Shown: positions 9,454 through 19,763, counted from the stretch's first letter. The stretch: 64,000 nucleotides of DNA from Planctomycetota bacterium (GCA_947501605.1 CANMWZ010000002.1:229683-293682); one strand, 5' to 3'. The notes: generated from the letters alone by a model not told the origin. Program-made: numbers and translations.

Positions 9454-11814
9454 ATGCGCCGGTTGTTGTGCTGCTGCCTCGCGGCCTCGTTTTCCGGGAC
9501 CGCCGACGCCCAGGGATTGGCTTGGTCCGTGCCGGATCAAGGGGCGCTGGTCTACACGCGTGTTGTCGAGCACTTGGCGTTCCTTCCCGCCGCGACCGCG
9601 CTCAAGCAGGACGTGGTGGTCGCCGGCGGCGAAGACGGTGGCCACGAGTGGCGTGTCTTCACGTGCCCGAGCAACGGCGTGCCGCCGGGCTTTGAGAACC
9701 CGGGCTTTGACGACAGCAGCTGGAGCACAGGACGGGGCGAGTTCGGCACCGACGTCGGCACCAACCAGAATCAACGAACGCACTGGGGCAGCGAGGTGCT
9801 CCTCCTGCGCAGCCGCATCGATGTCGGCAAGAAGAAGCCACGAGCGATCCTCTTCCGCATCACGCACGACGATGCCGTACGGGTGTTCTGGAACGGCGAG
9901 AAGCTGATCGAGAACCTCGGCTACGGACGCGACCGCACGTACATCATTGCCGGCAAGCAACTGGCGGCCATGAGCTCAGGCGGTGCGGGTCTGTTGGTCG
10001 CATCGTGCGAGAACACCGGCGGGGCGCAGATGTTCGACCTCGCCATGTCGGTGTTGCCGAGCTTGCCTGCGGGTGTGAAGAGTGCCGAGGACCTGCAGCA
10101 GGTCCTCGATCAAGGTCGGCAGACAGCCGATCATGTGTCGCGCGAATTCGTCGGCTCCTTTCGACCGCCAGCGCTCCTGCTGCACGGCGAACTCGATGCC
10201 GAGAAGCAGCGGGTGCGGTGCCCGCCGGGCGACGTTCGCGAACTCGCGTTCTGGGTCGCCTGCGACCTCGAACACGGCGTCACCGGCGGCGCCTACCAGC
10301 AGGAGATTCCCCGCCTCTACCGCCTCGGCGACGTGCAGCTGAAGGGCAAGGTTCTGCCCGTGGATGCTGAGGGCTGGCAGACGCTCGATGTCACGGTCAA
10401 GAACCCCGGCGAGCCCGCACTGCGCGGCGACACCAAGCGCTACGTGCAGCGGCACGTACTGCCCTACGTCAACTACGGCATCGATGGCCGCATCCAGATC
10501 CGGCGGCGGCTCGAGATGAAGGGCGATCGCGCCCGCATTGCCGAGGCCCAGTGCACCTTCACGGCCCGCATCCTGCGCGGCAAGGACAAGAACGACTACG
10601 CCGCCGACTTCCGCCAGCGCGAGAACTTCCGCTTTGCAGAAGAGCGCGATGGCCAGGACGCGCCGTTCCGACTCGCAGTCAGCAAGGCGATCGATGGCGG
10701 CACGAAGTTCCTGCGCGACAAGTTGGGCAACCTCGGGGCGCCATCACTGCGCGCCGAAGGCGACGAAGACAACCGCACCTACCACACCGGTCGGATGGCG
10801 CTGGGTCTCCTGGCCCTGATCAAGGGCGGCATCAAGAAGACCGACCCGGTACTGCTTCGCTGCTTGGACGAGTTGCGCCAGCGCCCCCTCATCGACACCT
10901 ACTCCCTGGGCAACGCGCTGATGGCGATGGAGGCGTTCCATTCGAGTGGCCATGACGCCGCCGACCTCGCCCAGGGTGCGATCGACCGCGCCCGCCGCCT
11001 ATCGGTGCCCGAAAACGACAAGGCGTTGATGCAGCGGTGGACCAACCAGTTGCTCGACAACGTCGACACCCGCGTCGAGAGCAACTACCTGCTGCGCTTC
11101 AACTACGTCCGCGACCGCCGCTTCGACAACTCCGTCAACCAGTACGGCCTGCTCGGCCTCTACTCGGCCCACCTCTGCGGCATCGACATCTCACCGAGCC
11201 TGTGGGAAGGCGCCGCCAACCATCTGATTACCGCGCAGTGTGAATCCAAGGGCACGCTCAACCTCGACCTCACAGACTTTCGCACGCTCGCACGCGTCGA
11301 AGTCGCGGACGACAGCAAACGGACGGCGACGATGCTGCCCGTTCGCCCCGCGGGCTGGACGTATGAGGATCCGAAGTGGGATGGCGAGAACCAACCTGCT
11401 TGGGGGAGCATGACGTGCGCCGGCATCACCGGCCTTGCGATCAGTCAGGCCGCATTGCTCGATCTCGGTCAAAAGCGGATCAAGCTCCAGAATGACGCCG
11501 ACGCGGCGCGCCATGCCGGTTTCGGCTGGCTCGCGCAAAACCTGACGTTGCGCTACCACCCAGGCCACATGGAGCGGCAGCAACACTGGCTCTACTACTA
11601 CCTCTACGGCCTCGAACGCGCGGCGCTGCTCTCGGGCATCGGCCGGATCCAAGGCCGCGACTGGTACTTCGAAGGCGCAATGGTGCTGCTCGGTGCTCAG
11701 GATGCAAACGGCAGCTGGCCCGGTGAGCTGTACCCGGACCAAGAAATCGAGCGCGCGGCCATGGCCGTCTTGTTTCTGAAGCGCGGGACCTCGCCCGTCC
11801 TCACCGGCCAGTGA
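9454..11814 (+). CDS. Secreted protein: sugar-binding jelly-roll-like domain plus C-terminal alpha/alpha (prenyltransferase-like) domain
   Basis: Signal peptide; FDDSSW..G.G.FG and HDDAVRVFWNG; DNSVNQYGLLGL, SMTCAG, YYYLYGLER, DWY..GA..L...Q..NGSW. Confidence 0.65.
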   Translation: MRRLLCCCLAASFSGTADAQGLAWSVPDQGALVYTRVVEHLAFLPAATALKQDVVVAGGEDGGHEWRVFTCPSNGVPPGFENPGFDDSSWSTGRGEFGTDVGTNQNQRTHWGSEVLLLRSRIDVGKKKPRAILFRITHDDAVRVFWNGEKLIENLGYGRDRTYIIAGKQLAAMSSGGAGLLVASCENTGGAQMFDLAMSVLPSLPAGVKSAEDLQQVLDQGRQTADHVSREFVGSFRPPALLLHGELDAEKQRVRCPPGDVRELAFWVACDLEHGVTGGAYQQEIPRLYRLGDVQLKGKVLPVDAEGWQTLDVTVKNPGEPALRGDTKRYVQRHVLPYVNYGIDGRIQIRRRLEMKGDRARIAEAQCTFTARILRGKDKNDYAADFRQRENFRFAEERDGQDAPFRLAVSKAIDGGTKFLRDKLGNLGAPSLRAEGDEDNRTYHTGRMALGLLALIKGGIKKTDPVLLRCLDELRQRPLIDTYSLGNALMAMEAFHSSGHDAADLAQGAIDRARRLSVPENDKALMQRWTNQLLDNVDTRVESNYLLRFNYVRDRRFDNSVNQYGLLGLYSAHLCGIDISPSLWEGAANHLITAQCESKGTLNLDLTDFRTLARVEVADDSKRTATMLPVRPAGWTYEDPKWDGENQPAWGSMTCAGITGLAISQAALLDLGQKRIKLQNDADAARHAGFGWLAQNLTLRYHPGHMERQQHWLYYYLYGLERAALLSGIGRIQGRDWYFEGAMVLLGAQDANGSWPGELYPDQEIERAAMAVLFLKRGTSPVLTGQ

Positions 11815-12410
11815 GAGCCTCGTGGATCGGCAACGCGGCCTTGCCGCTCCTGGCCGCCTGCGCCACGTCACCCGACTACCGAACGGTCGATCTCACCGCC
11901 GAGTTTGTGCCCGTTCGGTTTGGTGGAGAAGGCGACATCCACCGCGACGGCGAAGGGCTCGTGCTGGAGCCTGGTTCGCCGCTGACCGGCGGCACCTTCT
12001 CGATCTCGCTCCCCACCACAGGCTACGAACTCGAGTTAGCTGTCGCGCGACTCGGTGGCGTCGACTTCTTCTGCGGCCTGACGCTGCCAACGAGCCGCGG
12101 TTGCCTCACGTTGGTGCTCGGCGGTTGGGGCGGCGCGGTCTGTGGCTTGTCCTGCCTCGATGGACTCGATGCTGCCCGCAACACCACCCGCACGCTGCGG
12201 CACTTCGTGACGGCAAAGGACTATGCCATCACGGTCCGTGTCGACGGCGAGGCGATCGCCGTCGCCATCGACAGCGAGCCGTTGTTTCGCGCCGAACTCG
12301 GCGAGCAGACCGTGGCCGTTCGCGCCGAGGTCGAATTGACCGAGCCGTTCGGCTTCTGCTGCTACGCGACCAAGGCCGCACTCCGGTATCTGCGGTGGCG
12401 AGCGCTGTGA
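11811..12410 (+). CDS. Lipoprotein, DUF1080-like lectin fold
   Basis: LAAC lipobox; DFFCGLTLP...LGGWGG..CGLS.LDG.DA..N.T. Confidence 0.6.
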   Translation: MRASWIGNAALPLLAACATSPDYRTVDLTAEFVPVRFGGEGDIHRDGEGLVLEPGSPLTGGTFSISLPTTGYELELAVARLGGVDFFCGLTLPTSRGCLTLVLGGWGGAVCGLSCLDGLDAARNTTRTLRHFVTAKDYAITVRVDGEAIAVAIDSEPLFRAELGEQTVAVRAEVELTEPFGFCCYATKAALRYLRWRAL

Positions 12411-12483
12411 CTCGCCGATGGCAGGCGCTGTGACTCCACCGTTGCGCGCGCCTTGGCAGCGCGGGACAACTGCCGCAGCTCCT

Positions 12484-13947
12484 ATGCCCACGTCTTTCGT
12501 GTTCTGGCTCCTGCTGCTGACCGCAACTCTCTCGGCCCAGAAGCTGCCAGCACCACCGGCGCCGCTGTGTGAGTTTCGCGGTGCCTGGGTGGCGACCGTC
12601 GACAACATCGATTGGCCGAGCAAGCCTGGCCTGTCCAGCGAACGGGCGCAGCAAGAACTCGCCGCGATCGTCGATGCCGCGGCGGCGATGCGACTCAACG
12701 CGCTGGTGTTTCAGGTGCGGCCCTCGGGCGATGCGTTCTACGCCAGCGAACGCGAACCGTGGTCCGAATGGCTGACCGGTCGACAGGGGCAGGCGCCTGC
12801 GCCGCTGTGGGACCCACTGTCGTTCTTGATCGAGCGAGCGCACCAACGCGGCCTCGAAGTGCACGCGTGGTTCAACCCATTTCGTGCCAAGCACGAATCC
12901 GCGAACTCCTCGGCAGATCGCGCGCACGTGACCCGCCGCCTCCCGGCCGCCTGCGTGAGCTACGACAAGCAGACCTGGATGGACCCCGGGGATGCGCGCG
13001 CCGTGGACTGGTCGCTCGCGGTGATTGCCGATGTCGTGCGGCGCTACGACATCGACGGCGTTCATCTCGATGACTACTTCTACCCCTACCCGGTGAAGGA
13101 CTTGCCGTTTCCGGACGACGTGAGTTTCGCGCGCTACCGCAAGGGCGGCGGCAAACTCGGGCGCTCCGACTGGCGGCGGCAGAACATCGACACCCTGGTC
13201 GCGCGACTCGCCGACGAGACCCACGCGCAGAAGCCGTTCGTCAAAGTCGGCATCAGTCCATTCGGCATCGCGCGACCGGGAGTCCCGAGCGGCATCAAGG
13301 CTGGCATCGACCAGTACGACCAGCTCTACGCCAACGTCGTGGGGTGGCTGCAGGGCGGCCACGTCGACTATCTCGCACCGCAGCTCTACTGGCCGATCGA
13401 CCAGAAGCCGCAGAGCTTTGCCGTGTTGCTGCCGTGGTGGAACGGCCAGAACACCAAGAACCGCCACGTGTGGCCAGGCCTCAACGCCAGCAAGGCACTG
13501 CAAGCCAAGCGACCTTGGCGCGAGGACGAATTGGTCCAGCAGGTGGACATGATTCGCCAACAGGGTGCATCGCCAGGCCACGTGCATTTCAGCTGGAAGG
13601 CAATCAAGCCGGGAACAACTCTTCATCGCCAACTGACGGCGGAGACCTACGGCGAAGCCGCACCGGTGCCGGCGTCGCCGTGGCTCGGCAACGCGCCACG
13701 GCCCGCGATTCCAGAACTGACGATCGAGGCGACTGGCAACGGGCACCGCGCGATCGTGCAGGTCGATGCAAACGCCCGCTTCTACGTCGTTCAAGTGTTG
13801 CGCGGCACGCGCTGGCGCACCCTGTGCGTCCGCGGTCGGCAGACGACAGCCGTGGCGTTGCCGGCCGATGTTCGCGCCGTTGCCGTGCGCGGGATCGCCG
13901 CCAACGGCCTGTTCGGCGAGTGGCGAGGCCTGCCGATGACCCCGTGA
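12484..13947 (+). CDS. Glycosyl hydrolase-like 10 (YddW/DigH, DUF187) family protein
   Basis: EFRGAWVATVDNIDWPS, FQVRP.GDAFY, HAWFNPFR, YDIDGVHLDDYFYPY, GISPFGI, PQLYW. Confidence 0.9.
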   Translation: MPTSFVFWLLLLTATLSAQKLPAPPAPLCEFRGAWVATVDNIDWPSKPGLSSERAQQELAAIVDAAAAMRLNALVFQVRPSGDAFYASEREPWSEWLTGRQGQAPAPLWDPLSFLIERAHQRGLEVHAWFNPFRAKHESANSSADRAHVTRRLPAACVSYDKQTWMDPGDARAVDWSLAVIADVVRRYDIDGVHLDDYFYPYPVKDLPFPDDVSFARYRKGGGKLGRSDWRRQNIDTLVARLADETHAQKPFVKVGISPFGIARPGVPSGIKAGIDQYDQLYANVVGWLQGGHVDYLAPQLYWPIDQKPQSFAVLLPWWNGQNTKNRHVWPGLNASKALQAKRPWREDELVQQVDMIRQQGASPGHVHFSWKAIKPGTTLHRQLTAETYGEAAPVPASPWLGNAPRPAIPELTIEATGNGHRAIVQVDANARFYVVQVLRGTRWRTLCVRGRQTTAVALPADVRAVAVRGIAANGLFGEWRGLPMTP

Positions 13948-14034
13948 ACGTGCCGTCGGCGGCCTCGTGCCACGGCCAAAGAGGCGCACGGGCTCAGCCG
14001 CCTGCCACGGCCTCTGGCCGGCGCGCCGTCGGCG

Positions 14035-15147
14035 TCAGTAGAGAAAGCCCGACAACTGCAGATCGTCGCCCGAGGCCTGCCAACTCCATTCTTCGATCGG
14101 CAGCGCTTCGGCCATGAACGGCCGACCCTCGCCACCCACCGGCGTCGGTGACAGACGGCCACCGATGATCTTCGGCGCCACGAAGGCGGTTACTTGGTCG
14201 ACGCAGTTCCACGACAGCAGGTCGGCGAGCAGGGAGCCGCCACCTTCGACCAGCACGCGCCGCAGACCGCGGCGGCGTAGCTCGCGCCAGGCTTCGCGCA
14301 GATGCAGGTGTCGCTGGTCCTCGGCGGTCCGAATCTGGATCACCTGCACACCGAAGTCCTGAAGACGGCCGGTGCGGCGCGCATCGACGCCGGATCCGAC
14401 CAGAACCCAAGTAGGAGTCTTCTGCGCCGTGCGCACGAGGTTGCTGTCGTCGTCGACGTCGCCGCGTGGGTCGACCACGATGCGGATCGGTTGCTTGCCC
14501 TCGACGTGGCGAACCGTCAACTCGGGATCGTCGATCTGGGCCGTGCGGAACCCGACGATGACGGCATCGCACTGCGCCCGCAACACGTGCGTCCGCCGCC
14601 GCGACTCCGGACCGCTGATCCACCGCGCCTCGCCAGTCGGCGCGGCGGTCTTGCCGTCGAGGGTCATGGCCCACTTCGCGATGGTCCACGGCCGATCGAG
14701 CGAGAGGCCCTTCTCGAAGGGGCGATTGATCGCGAGCGCTTGCTCGGCGAGCACCGAGTCCTGCACTTCGACGCCGCGCTGCTCGAGTTCGATCAGGCCC
14801 CGGCGTCGATGTCGCGGATCGGGATCGATCGCTCCGACGATGACGCGGCGAATACCGGCATCGAGCAGGGCCTGGGTGCACGGGCCGGTCTTCTTGCCGC
14901 CCTCGCCCTTCTGCGCCGAACACGGCTCGAGCGTGACGACTGCGGTATCGGGCTTGGCGCCACGGGAACGCGCATCCGCGAGCGCTGCGATCTCGGCGTG
15001 CGGGCCGCCGTAGTAAGCGTGGAAACCGCGGCCGACCACCTCGCCGTCCTGCAGCATGAGCGCACCGACTCTTGGGTTGGGCTCGACGTCGCCTCGACCG
15101 TGCAGCGCGAGGTCGAGGGCCTCCTGCATCAGGACTTCGACGTTCAC
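14035..15147 (-). CDS. ribD: Bifunctional riboflavin biosynthesis deaminase/reductase
   Basis: PNPRVG, HAE, TLEPC...PC, KWAMTLDGK, VEGG; GTGA coupling to miaB stop. Confidence 0.95.
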   Translation of the reverse strand: MNVEVLMQEALDLALHGRGDVEPNPRVGALMLQDGEVVGRGFHAYYGGPHAEIAALADARSRGAKPDTAVVTLEPCSAQKGEGGKKTGPCTQALLDAGIRRVIVGAIDPDPRHRRRGLIELEQRGVEVQDSVLAEQALAINRPFEKGLSLDRPWTIAKWAMTLDGKTAAPTGEARWISGPESRRRTHVLRAQCDAVIVGFRTAQIDDPELTVRHVEGKQPIRIVVDPRGDVDDDSNLVRTAQKTPTWVLVGSGVDARRTGRLQDFGVQVIQIRTAEDQRHLHLREAWRELRRRGLRRVLVEGGGSLLADLLSWNCVDQVTAFVAPKIIGGRLSPTPVGGEGRPFMAEALPIEEWSWQASGDDLQLSGFLY

Positions 15148-16604
15148 GGTGCGCTCACCTTCGCCTCGAGAACCACGTGCTCGTCGCGATCGTGCAGTCC
15201 GTGCTCCGCTTCGGTCTCGCGCAGACGCGTACCAATCAACGAATGCGTCATGGCTTGTTCGATGCGGACCGGAACGTAGCGAGATACCAAGTCGAGGCCG
15301 CCGTCGGTGGGCCGCTCGAAATGGACGATGCGATGATGCACGGTGCGGCCGGTGAGCCGCTTGCTGTCTTTCGGACTCACGCCCTCGACCAGCACCTCTT
15401 GGGTGGTGCCGATGAGGGCGCGATGCTTCTCGTCGCAAATCTCGTCCTGGATCGCGAGCATGACTTGATTGCGTCGCTCCTTCTCTGCGCGCGGGACATC
15501 GTCCACCAGCGCGGCAGCCAGGGTGCCCGGGCGCGGCGAGTACTGAAACACGTAGCTCTGCGAGTAGCGCACCTGCCGCAACAGCGACGCACTCTCCTCG
15601 AACTCAGCGGCCGTCTCGCCCGGATACCCGACGATGAAGTCGCTGTGCAGCTCCATGTCGGGCGCGCGCGCCAGCAGTTGTTCGACGCGCCGCAGGTAGC
15701 GATCGCGCGTGTAGCCGCGGCGCATCGCCTTCAACACCCGGTCACTGCCCGACTGGACGGGCAGGTGCAGATAGCGAGCAACCTTCGGCAACTCGGCCAC
15801 GGCCGCGATCAGGTCCTCGGACAGGAAGTTCGGATGCGACGTGATGAACGCCAAGCGACGCAACGCCGGCACCTCGTGCAGCGCGCGCAACAACTTCGAC
15901 AACGTGATCCCCGGGCCAAGGTCGCGCCCGTAGGCGTTGACCGTCTGGCCCAGCAAGGTGATCTCGGTGACACCATCGCCGCACAGCCGCTCGGCTTCTT
16001 CGACGATTTGCGCGATGGGCCGCGACACTTCGTCGCCGCGCGTCGTCGGCACGATGCAGTAGGTGCACGGCATGTTGCAGCCGCGCATGACGGACACGAA
16101 AGCCTGACTCTTGTGCGGCCGCACCGAGACGTCGCGGACGATCGTGTCGCCAGAGACGCCGATCCCGGCAGCGACGAGACCGGCGCCGTGGAGCGGGCTC
16201 CGGCTCGCTGTCCGAGCATGTTCGTGCGCCAACTCGAGGTTCTTTTGCCGCGCGGCCTCGACGCTGATGTCGATGTCGCCGAACGCCGACGGGCCAACGA
16301 CCAAGTCGATGTGCGGCATGCGCGCCACCATGAAGCGCTGGTGCTCCTCCGCCATGCAACCAAGCACACCGACGACGAGATGCGGCTGCGTGCGCTTGCG
16401 AATGCGCAACTTGCCAAGGCGCGACCAGACCCGGTCCTCGGCGTGCTGGCGGACGGAACAGGTATTGAGCAGCACGACATCGGCGCTCTGCTCATCCGGC
16501 GCGGGCACGTAGCCGCGCTGCCGCAGCTTGCTCTCGACCAGTTCGCTGTCGAGCTTGTTCATCTGGCAGCCGTAGCTGGTCAGGTGGTACTTGGGTGCCG
16601 TCAT
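15144..16604 (-). CDS. miaB: tRNA-2-methylthio-N6-isopentenyladenosine synthase
   Basis: YGCQMN, NTCSVR, GCMA, CxxxCxxC (CNMPCTYC), LLGQTVNAYG, YSPRPGT, TRAM-like C-terminus. Confidence 0.95.
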   Translation of the reverse strand: MTAPKYHLTSYGCQMNKLDSELVESKLRQRGYVPAPDEQSADVVLLNTCSVRQHAEDRVWSRLGKLRIRKRTQPHLVVGVLGCMAEEHQRFMVARMPHIDLVVGPSAFGDIDISVEAARQKNLELAHEHARTASRSPLHGAGLVAAGIGVSGDTIVRDVSVRPHKSQAFVSVMRGCNMPCTYCIVPTTRGDEVSRPIAQIVEEAERLCGDGVTEITLLGQTVNAYGRDLGPGITLSKLLRALHEVPALRRLAFITSHPNFLSEDLIAAVAELPKVARYLHLPVQSGSDRVLKAMRRGYTRDRYLRRVEQLLARAPDMELHSDFIVGYPGETAAEFEESASLLRQVRYSQSYVFQYSPRPGTLAAALVDDVPRAEKERRNQVMLAIQDEICDEKHRALIGTTQEVLVEGVSPKDSKRLTGRTVHHRIVHFERPTDGGLDLVSRYVPVRIEQAMTHSLIGTRLRETEAEHGLHDRDEHVVLEAKVSAP

Positions 16605-16703
16605 GGAGGGCGCGGGATTGTAGGGAAGAGGACGGCGCTGCCAAACCCCGAGCTTTTTTGCTGCGCCGCTAACGCCGTGGGGCAGGCCTCCGTAGAGCGC
16701 GCC

Positions 16704-17855
16704 ATGACCCACGGCCCGACGCGTCGTTCGTTCCTCCGCACCGCCGCAGCAGCTGCCGCGGCGAGCACGACCCTCACCGCCATCCGCCCGTTGGCGCGGC
16801 AGCGAATGGCAGCGACTTTTCGCGCCAAACAGAAGATCCTCGTGCTCGGCGGCACTGCATTCTTGGGGCCCGCGGTGGTCGAGCACGCGCTCGCGCAGGG
16901 CCACACGGTCACGCTGTTCAACCGCGGCAAGACCAATCCCGGGCTGTTCCCGACGGTCGAAAAGCTGCAGGGCCAACGCCGACGGCCGAATCCGAAGAAT
17001 CCGAACTCCAAGCCGCAGGATCTCAAGTCGCTCGAGGGCCGCACGTTTGACGCCGTGGTCGACACCAGCGCCTACTTCACCGGTGAGGTCGAGGACGTCT
17101 GCAAGGTGCTCGCCGGGCAGATCCAGCAGTACGTCTACGTCAGCTCGCTGAGTGTCTACAAGTCGCTCGAACAATCGGACGCCGTGGTCGACGAGTCGTC
17201 CGAGCGGGCCTCGTGCACCGACAAGTACACCCTCGACATGGGCGCCAACTCCGAGAACTACGGCGGCCTGAAGCGCCACTGCGAGGACGCGGTCGAGGCG
17301 GTGTTTCCTGGCAAGGCCACGCTGGTGCGCCCGGGCTACATCGTCGGCCCCGGCGACCCGACCGATCGCTTCACCTACTGGCCCATGCGCTTCATTCGCG
17401 GCGGTGAGTGCCTCGCACCTGGGCCGATGGACAATGACCTGCAGTTCCTCGACGTGCGCGACCTCGGTCAGTGGATCGTCCACCTCATCGAGCAGCGCAT
17501 CGCCGGCGCGTTCAACGCCGTCGGCTTCGACGGCCCGCTGTCGACGGCCGAGTTCCTCCATACCGGCAAGGGCACGATCAACCAGAAGTGCTCCTTCACT
17601 TGGGTGGAAGACGCCTTCCTCGAAGCGAACGAGGTGAGCTCGTGGCAGGAAATGGGCTGCTGGACACCGCAGGCCAAGAACGGCCATAGCAGCAACCGCC
17701 GCGCGCTCGAGGCCGGCGCCACCTACCGTCCGATTGCCGAGACGATCAAGGCGACCGTCGAGTGGGCGACGAGCCGCGGCACGGGCCACGAGTGGCGGGC
17801 CGGGATGAAACCCGAGCGCGAAGCCGAACTGCTGGCAAAGTGGAAGGCACGCTGA
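16704..17855 (+). CDS. Tat-signal NAD-dependent epimerase/dehydratase (extended SDR)
   Basis: TRRSFLR; LGGTAFLG; FNRG; YGGLK; RPGYIVGPGD.TDRFTYW. Confidence 0.85.
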   Translation: MTHGPTRRSFLRTAAAAAAASTTLTAIRPLARQRMAATFRAKQKILVLGGTAFLGPAVVEHALAQGHTVTLFNRGKTNPGLFPTVEKLQGQRRRPNPKNPNSKPQDLKSLEGRTFDAVVDTSAYFTGEVEDVCKVLAGQIQQYVYVSSLSVYKSLEQSDAVVDESSERASCTDKYTLDMGANSENYGGLKRHCEDAVEAVFPGKATLVRPGYIVGPGDPTDRFTYWPMRFIRGGECLAPGPMDNDLQFLDVRDLGQWIVHLIEQRIAGAFNAVGFDGPLSTAEFLHTGKGTINQKCSFTWVEDAFLEANEVSSWQEMGCWTPQAKNGHSSNRRALEAGATYRPIAETIKATVEWATSRGTGHEWRAGMKPEREAELLAKWKAR

Positions 17856-17877
17856 AGCGCACGCTATCCTCCGCCGC

Positions 17878-18531
17878 GTGACTGCCACGCCGCCCGCGCT
17901 CGCTCCTCGCCCCGCTCTGTTCCCATCGCTGATGGTCCTCTGCGTGTTGCTCGCAGCGTGGTCGTTTGCGGGCACCAAGGATGCGGGCGTTTGGGCCTTC
18001 GAGGTGATCCCGCTGTTACTGGTGATGGGGATCTTTGCGTACCGCCGGCGCCACCACTTCTGCTTCTCCGACCTCGCCTACGTGCTGCTGACCTGGTTCT
18101 TCTTCATTCAAGCTCTCGGCGGCCGCTATGAGTTTGCCAACGTGCCGTTCCCCGACGCACTGAAAGACCTGTTCGGCCTCGAGCGCAACCCGGTCGATCG
18201 CATCGGCCACTTCTTTCAGGGCTTCGTACCGGCTGTGCTGTTGCGCGAATGGTTGATTCGGCGGCGCGCGATCCCACGCGGATGGACGCTGTTCTGGCTG
18301 GTCACCGGCTGCTGCCTCGCGTTCTCGGCGAGCTACGAGTTGCTCGAGATGGCAACCGTGAAGGCCTTCTATCCCGACCAGGGTCCGGAATGGCTCGGCA
18401 CTCAGGGCGATGTCTGGGACGCGCAGATGGACATGACGATGGCGCTGTGCGGTGCGACCCTCGCGCAACTGCTACTGCGGCGACTGCATGACCGCAGCAT
18501 CGCGCGCGCTGAGCAGGGGACGCGCGGCTAG
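17878..18531 (+). CDS. DUF2238 (YjdF-like) membrane protein
   Basis: ERNPVDRIGHFFQGFVPA, YELLE, LGTQGDVWDAQ.DM. Confidence 0.85.
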   Translation: MTATPPALAPRPALFPSLMVLCVLLAAWSFAGTKDAGVWAFEVIPLLLVMGIFAYRRRHHFCFSDLAYVLLTWFFFIQALGGRYEFANVPFPDALKDLFGLERNPVDRIGHFFQGFVPAVLLREWLIRRRAIPRGWTLFWLVTGCCLAFSASYELLEMATVKAFYPDQGPEWLGTQGDVWDAQMDMTMALCGATLAQLLLRRLHDRSIARAEQGTRG

Positions 18532-18535
18532 TGCC

Positions 18536-18934
18536 TCACATGCGCAGCGCGTGGCCAAGGGCGACGCCCTGCGCGGCGGCGAGCACAGCCACCGGCACGG
18601 CGAAGAAAAGCCACTTGGGCGCGAACTCGCGCAGCAGGGTCGCGGTGACGGCCAGCAACACCAGCGTGATCGAAAGTGCTGCCGCGACGAACGCGAGCCC
18701 GCTCACTCCGGTGAGGTGCGCGAGCAGCACGCCGGGTTGCACCGGCAGCAGTGCGAGATAGGTCCGCACGCAGTGGCTGCACTCGGCAAGCGGTGAGAAC
18801 ACCAAGGCCGAGAAGGACCCGCCCCACCAAACCAGGGCAGTGCGACGGAGCGGCGCCTTCCACGAAGCGAACCCGCGCCCGGTCTCGGGGATGGCAGTGC
18901 GGCTATGAGGATCGTCCGGACTCGTGAGGGGCAC
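18536..18934 (-). CDS. Small hypothetical membrane protein
   Basis: Several hydrophobic segments, CSHC motif; directly downstream of the pilin-like gene. Confidence 0.5.
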   Translation of the reverse strand: MPLTSPDDPHSRTAIPETGRGFASWKAPLRRTALVWWGGSFSALVFSPLAECSHCVRTYLALLPVQPGVLLAHLTGVSGLAFVAAALSITLVLLAVTATLLREFAPKWLFFAVPVAVLAAAQGVALGHALRM

Positions 18935-18947
18935 GAGCGACGAGGCC

Positions 18948-19610
18948 TCAGTGATCGAGCTTCTTCAGCGCCGGATGCGGCGAGTCCGGGCCCCAGGTCT
19001 TGAACACCTCTTCCAGACCCTGCCACTGGAACTCCTCCATCATCGTCTGCAGCGATAGCGGCCGAACGTTGCCGTTGCCATAAAGGACGTTGACGGTGCC
19101 GCCGTTGAAGGCCCAACCCGGCCCACCGCGCGACTCATTGTCGTTGGCGATCCAGGCCTCGTCGCCCTTGCTCATGCCGGCGATGAACTCCTTGGCCCGC
19201 GCCGCATAATGCGTGTCGTCCGGCGTCAGCTGGCGAAGGTCGGTCCAGATCTTCTCGCCGCGGTCGACCTGTTTGCGCAACTCGATGTAGTGCGGATCCT
19301 CATCGCGCGTCGGCCCCGGTGTGAAGAACCGGTCGAAGTTCTCGACCGAAGGCTCGATGACCTTCTTGACCCAGAGATCGAGGACGAACTTGTGGCCGCC
19401 GTCGGTGGGCATGTGCCCCACCTTGGTCGGCGACTTGTAGATCTCAAACCACTGGTAGTGCTGGCTCATGTTCTTCGAGTCAGCCGCGATGTAGGCCTGT
19501 TCGCGGCCGGCCAGCAAGTCGGGGAGGAAGGTCGCGGCCAGCAGACCGATGATGCCGACCACGATCAGCAGTTCGATCAGCGTGAAGCCGGCGTTGCGCT
19601 TTGCGTTCAT
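18948..19610 (-). CDS. Prepilin-type N-terminal cleavage/methylation domain protein
   Basis: KRNAG|FTLIELLIVVGIIGLL; C-terminal GTVNVLYGNGNV resembling the H-X9-DG motif. Confidence 0.88.
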   Translation of the reverse strand: MNAKRNAGFTLIELLIVVGIIGLLAATFLPDLLAGREQAYIAADSKNMSQHYQWFEIYKSPTKVGHMPTDGGHKFVLDLWVKKVIEPSVENFDRFFTPGPTRDEDPHYIELRKQVDRGEKIWTDLRQLTPDDTHYAARAKEFIAGMSKGDEAWIANDNESRGGPGWAFNGGTVNVLYGNGNVRPLSLQTMMEEFQWQGLEEVFKTWGPDSPHPALKKLDH

Positions 19611-19649
19611 GGCTCTCTACCTGGCAGAGGGGTGGGACGAAGGCGCGCA

Positions 19650-19665
19650 TGCTAGCCCACGGCCA
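19650..19665 (-). promoter_or_regulatory. Putative sigma54 -24/-12 promoter for the pilin-like gene
   Basis: Minus strand TGGCCGTGGGCTAGCA = GG-N10-GC, about 40 nt upstream of the ATG. Confidence 0.4.
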
Positions 19666-19690
19666 GCCCTCCCGTCACCACAGCCATTTG

Positions 19691-19763
19691 GGCAGCCCCG
19701 AAACGAAGCGCGGCGCGCGACCACCGCCCGGGGTCGCGAGCCGCGCTTCGTTTTGGAGCTGCC
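19691..19763 (-). terminator. Long GC-rich hairpin, likely terminator or processing stem after the HEAT lipoprotein gene
   Basis: aaacgaagcgcggc (19701-14) pairs with gccgcgcttcgttt (19740-53); inner cgcgacc/ggtcgcg; outer ggcagc/gctgcc. Confidence 0.6.

Noticed and set aside
15147..15200. FMN riboswitch before ribD
   Set aside because: ribD is translationally coupled to miaB with no intergenic space
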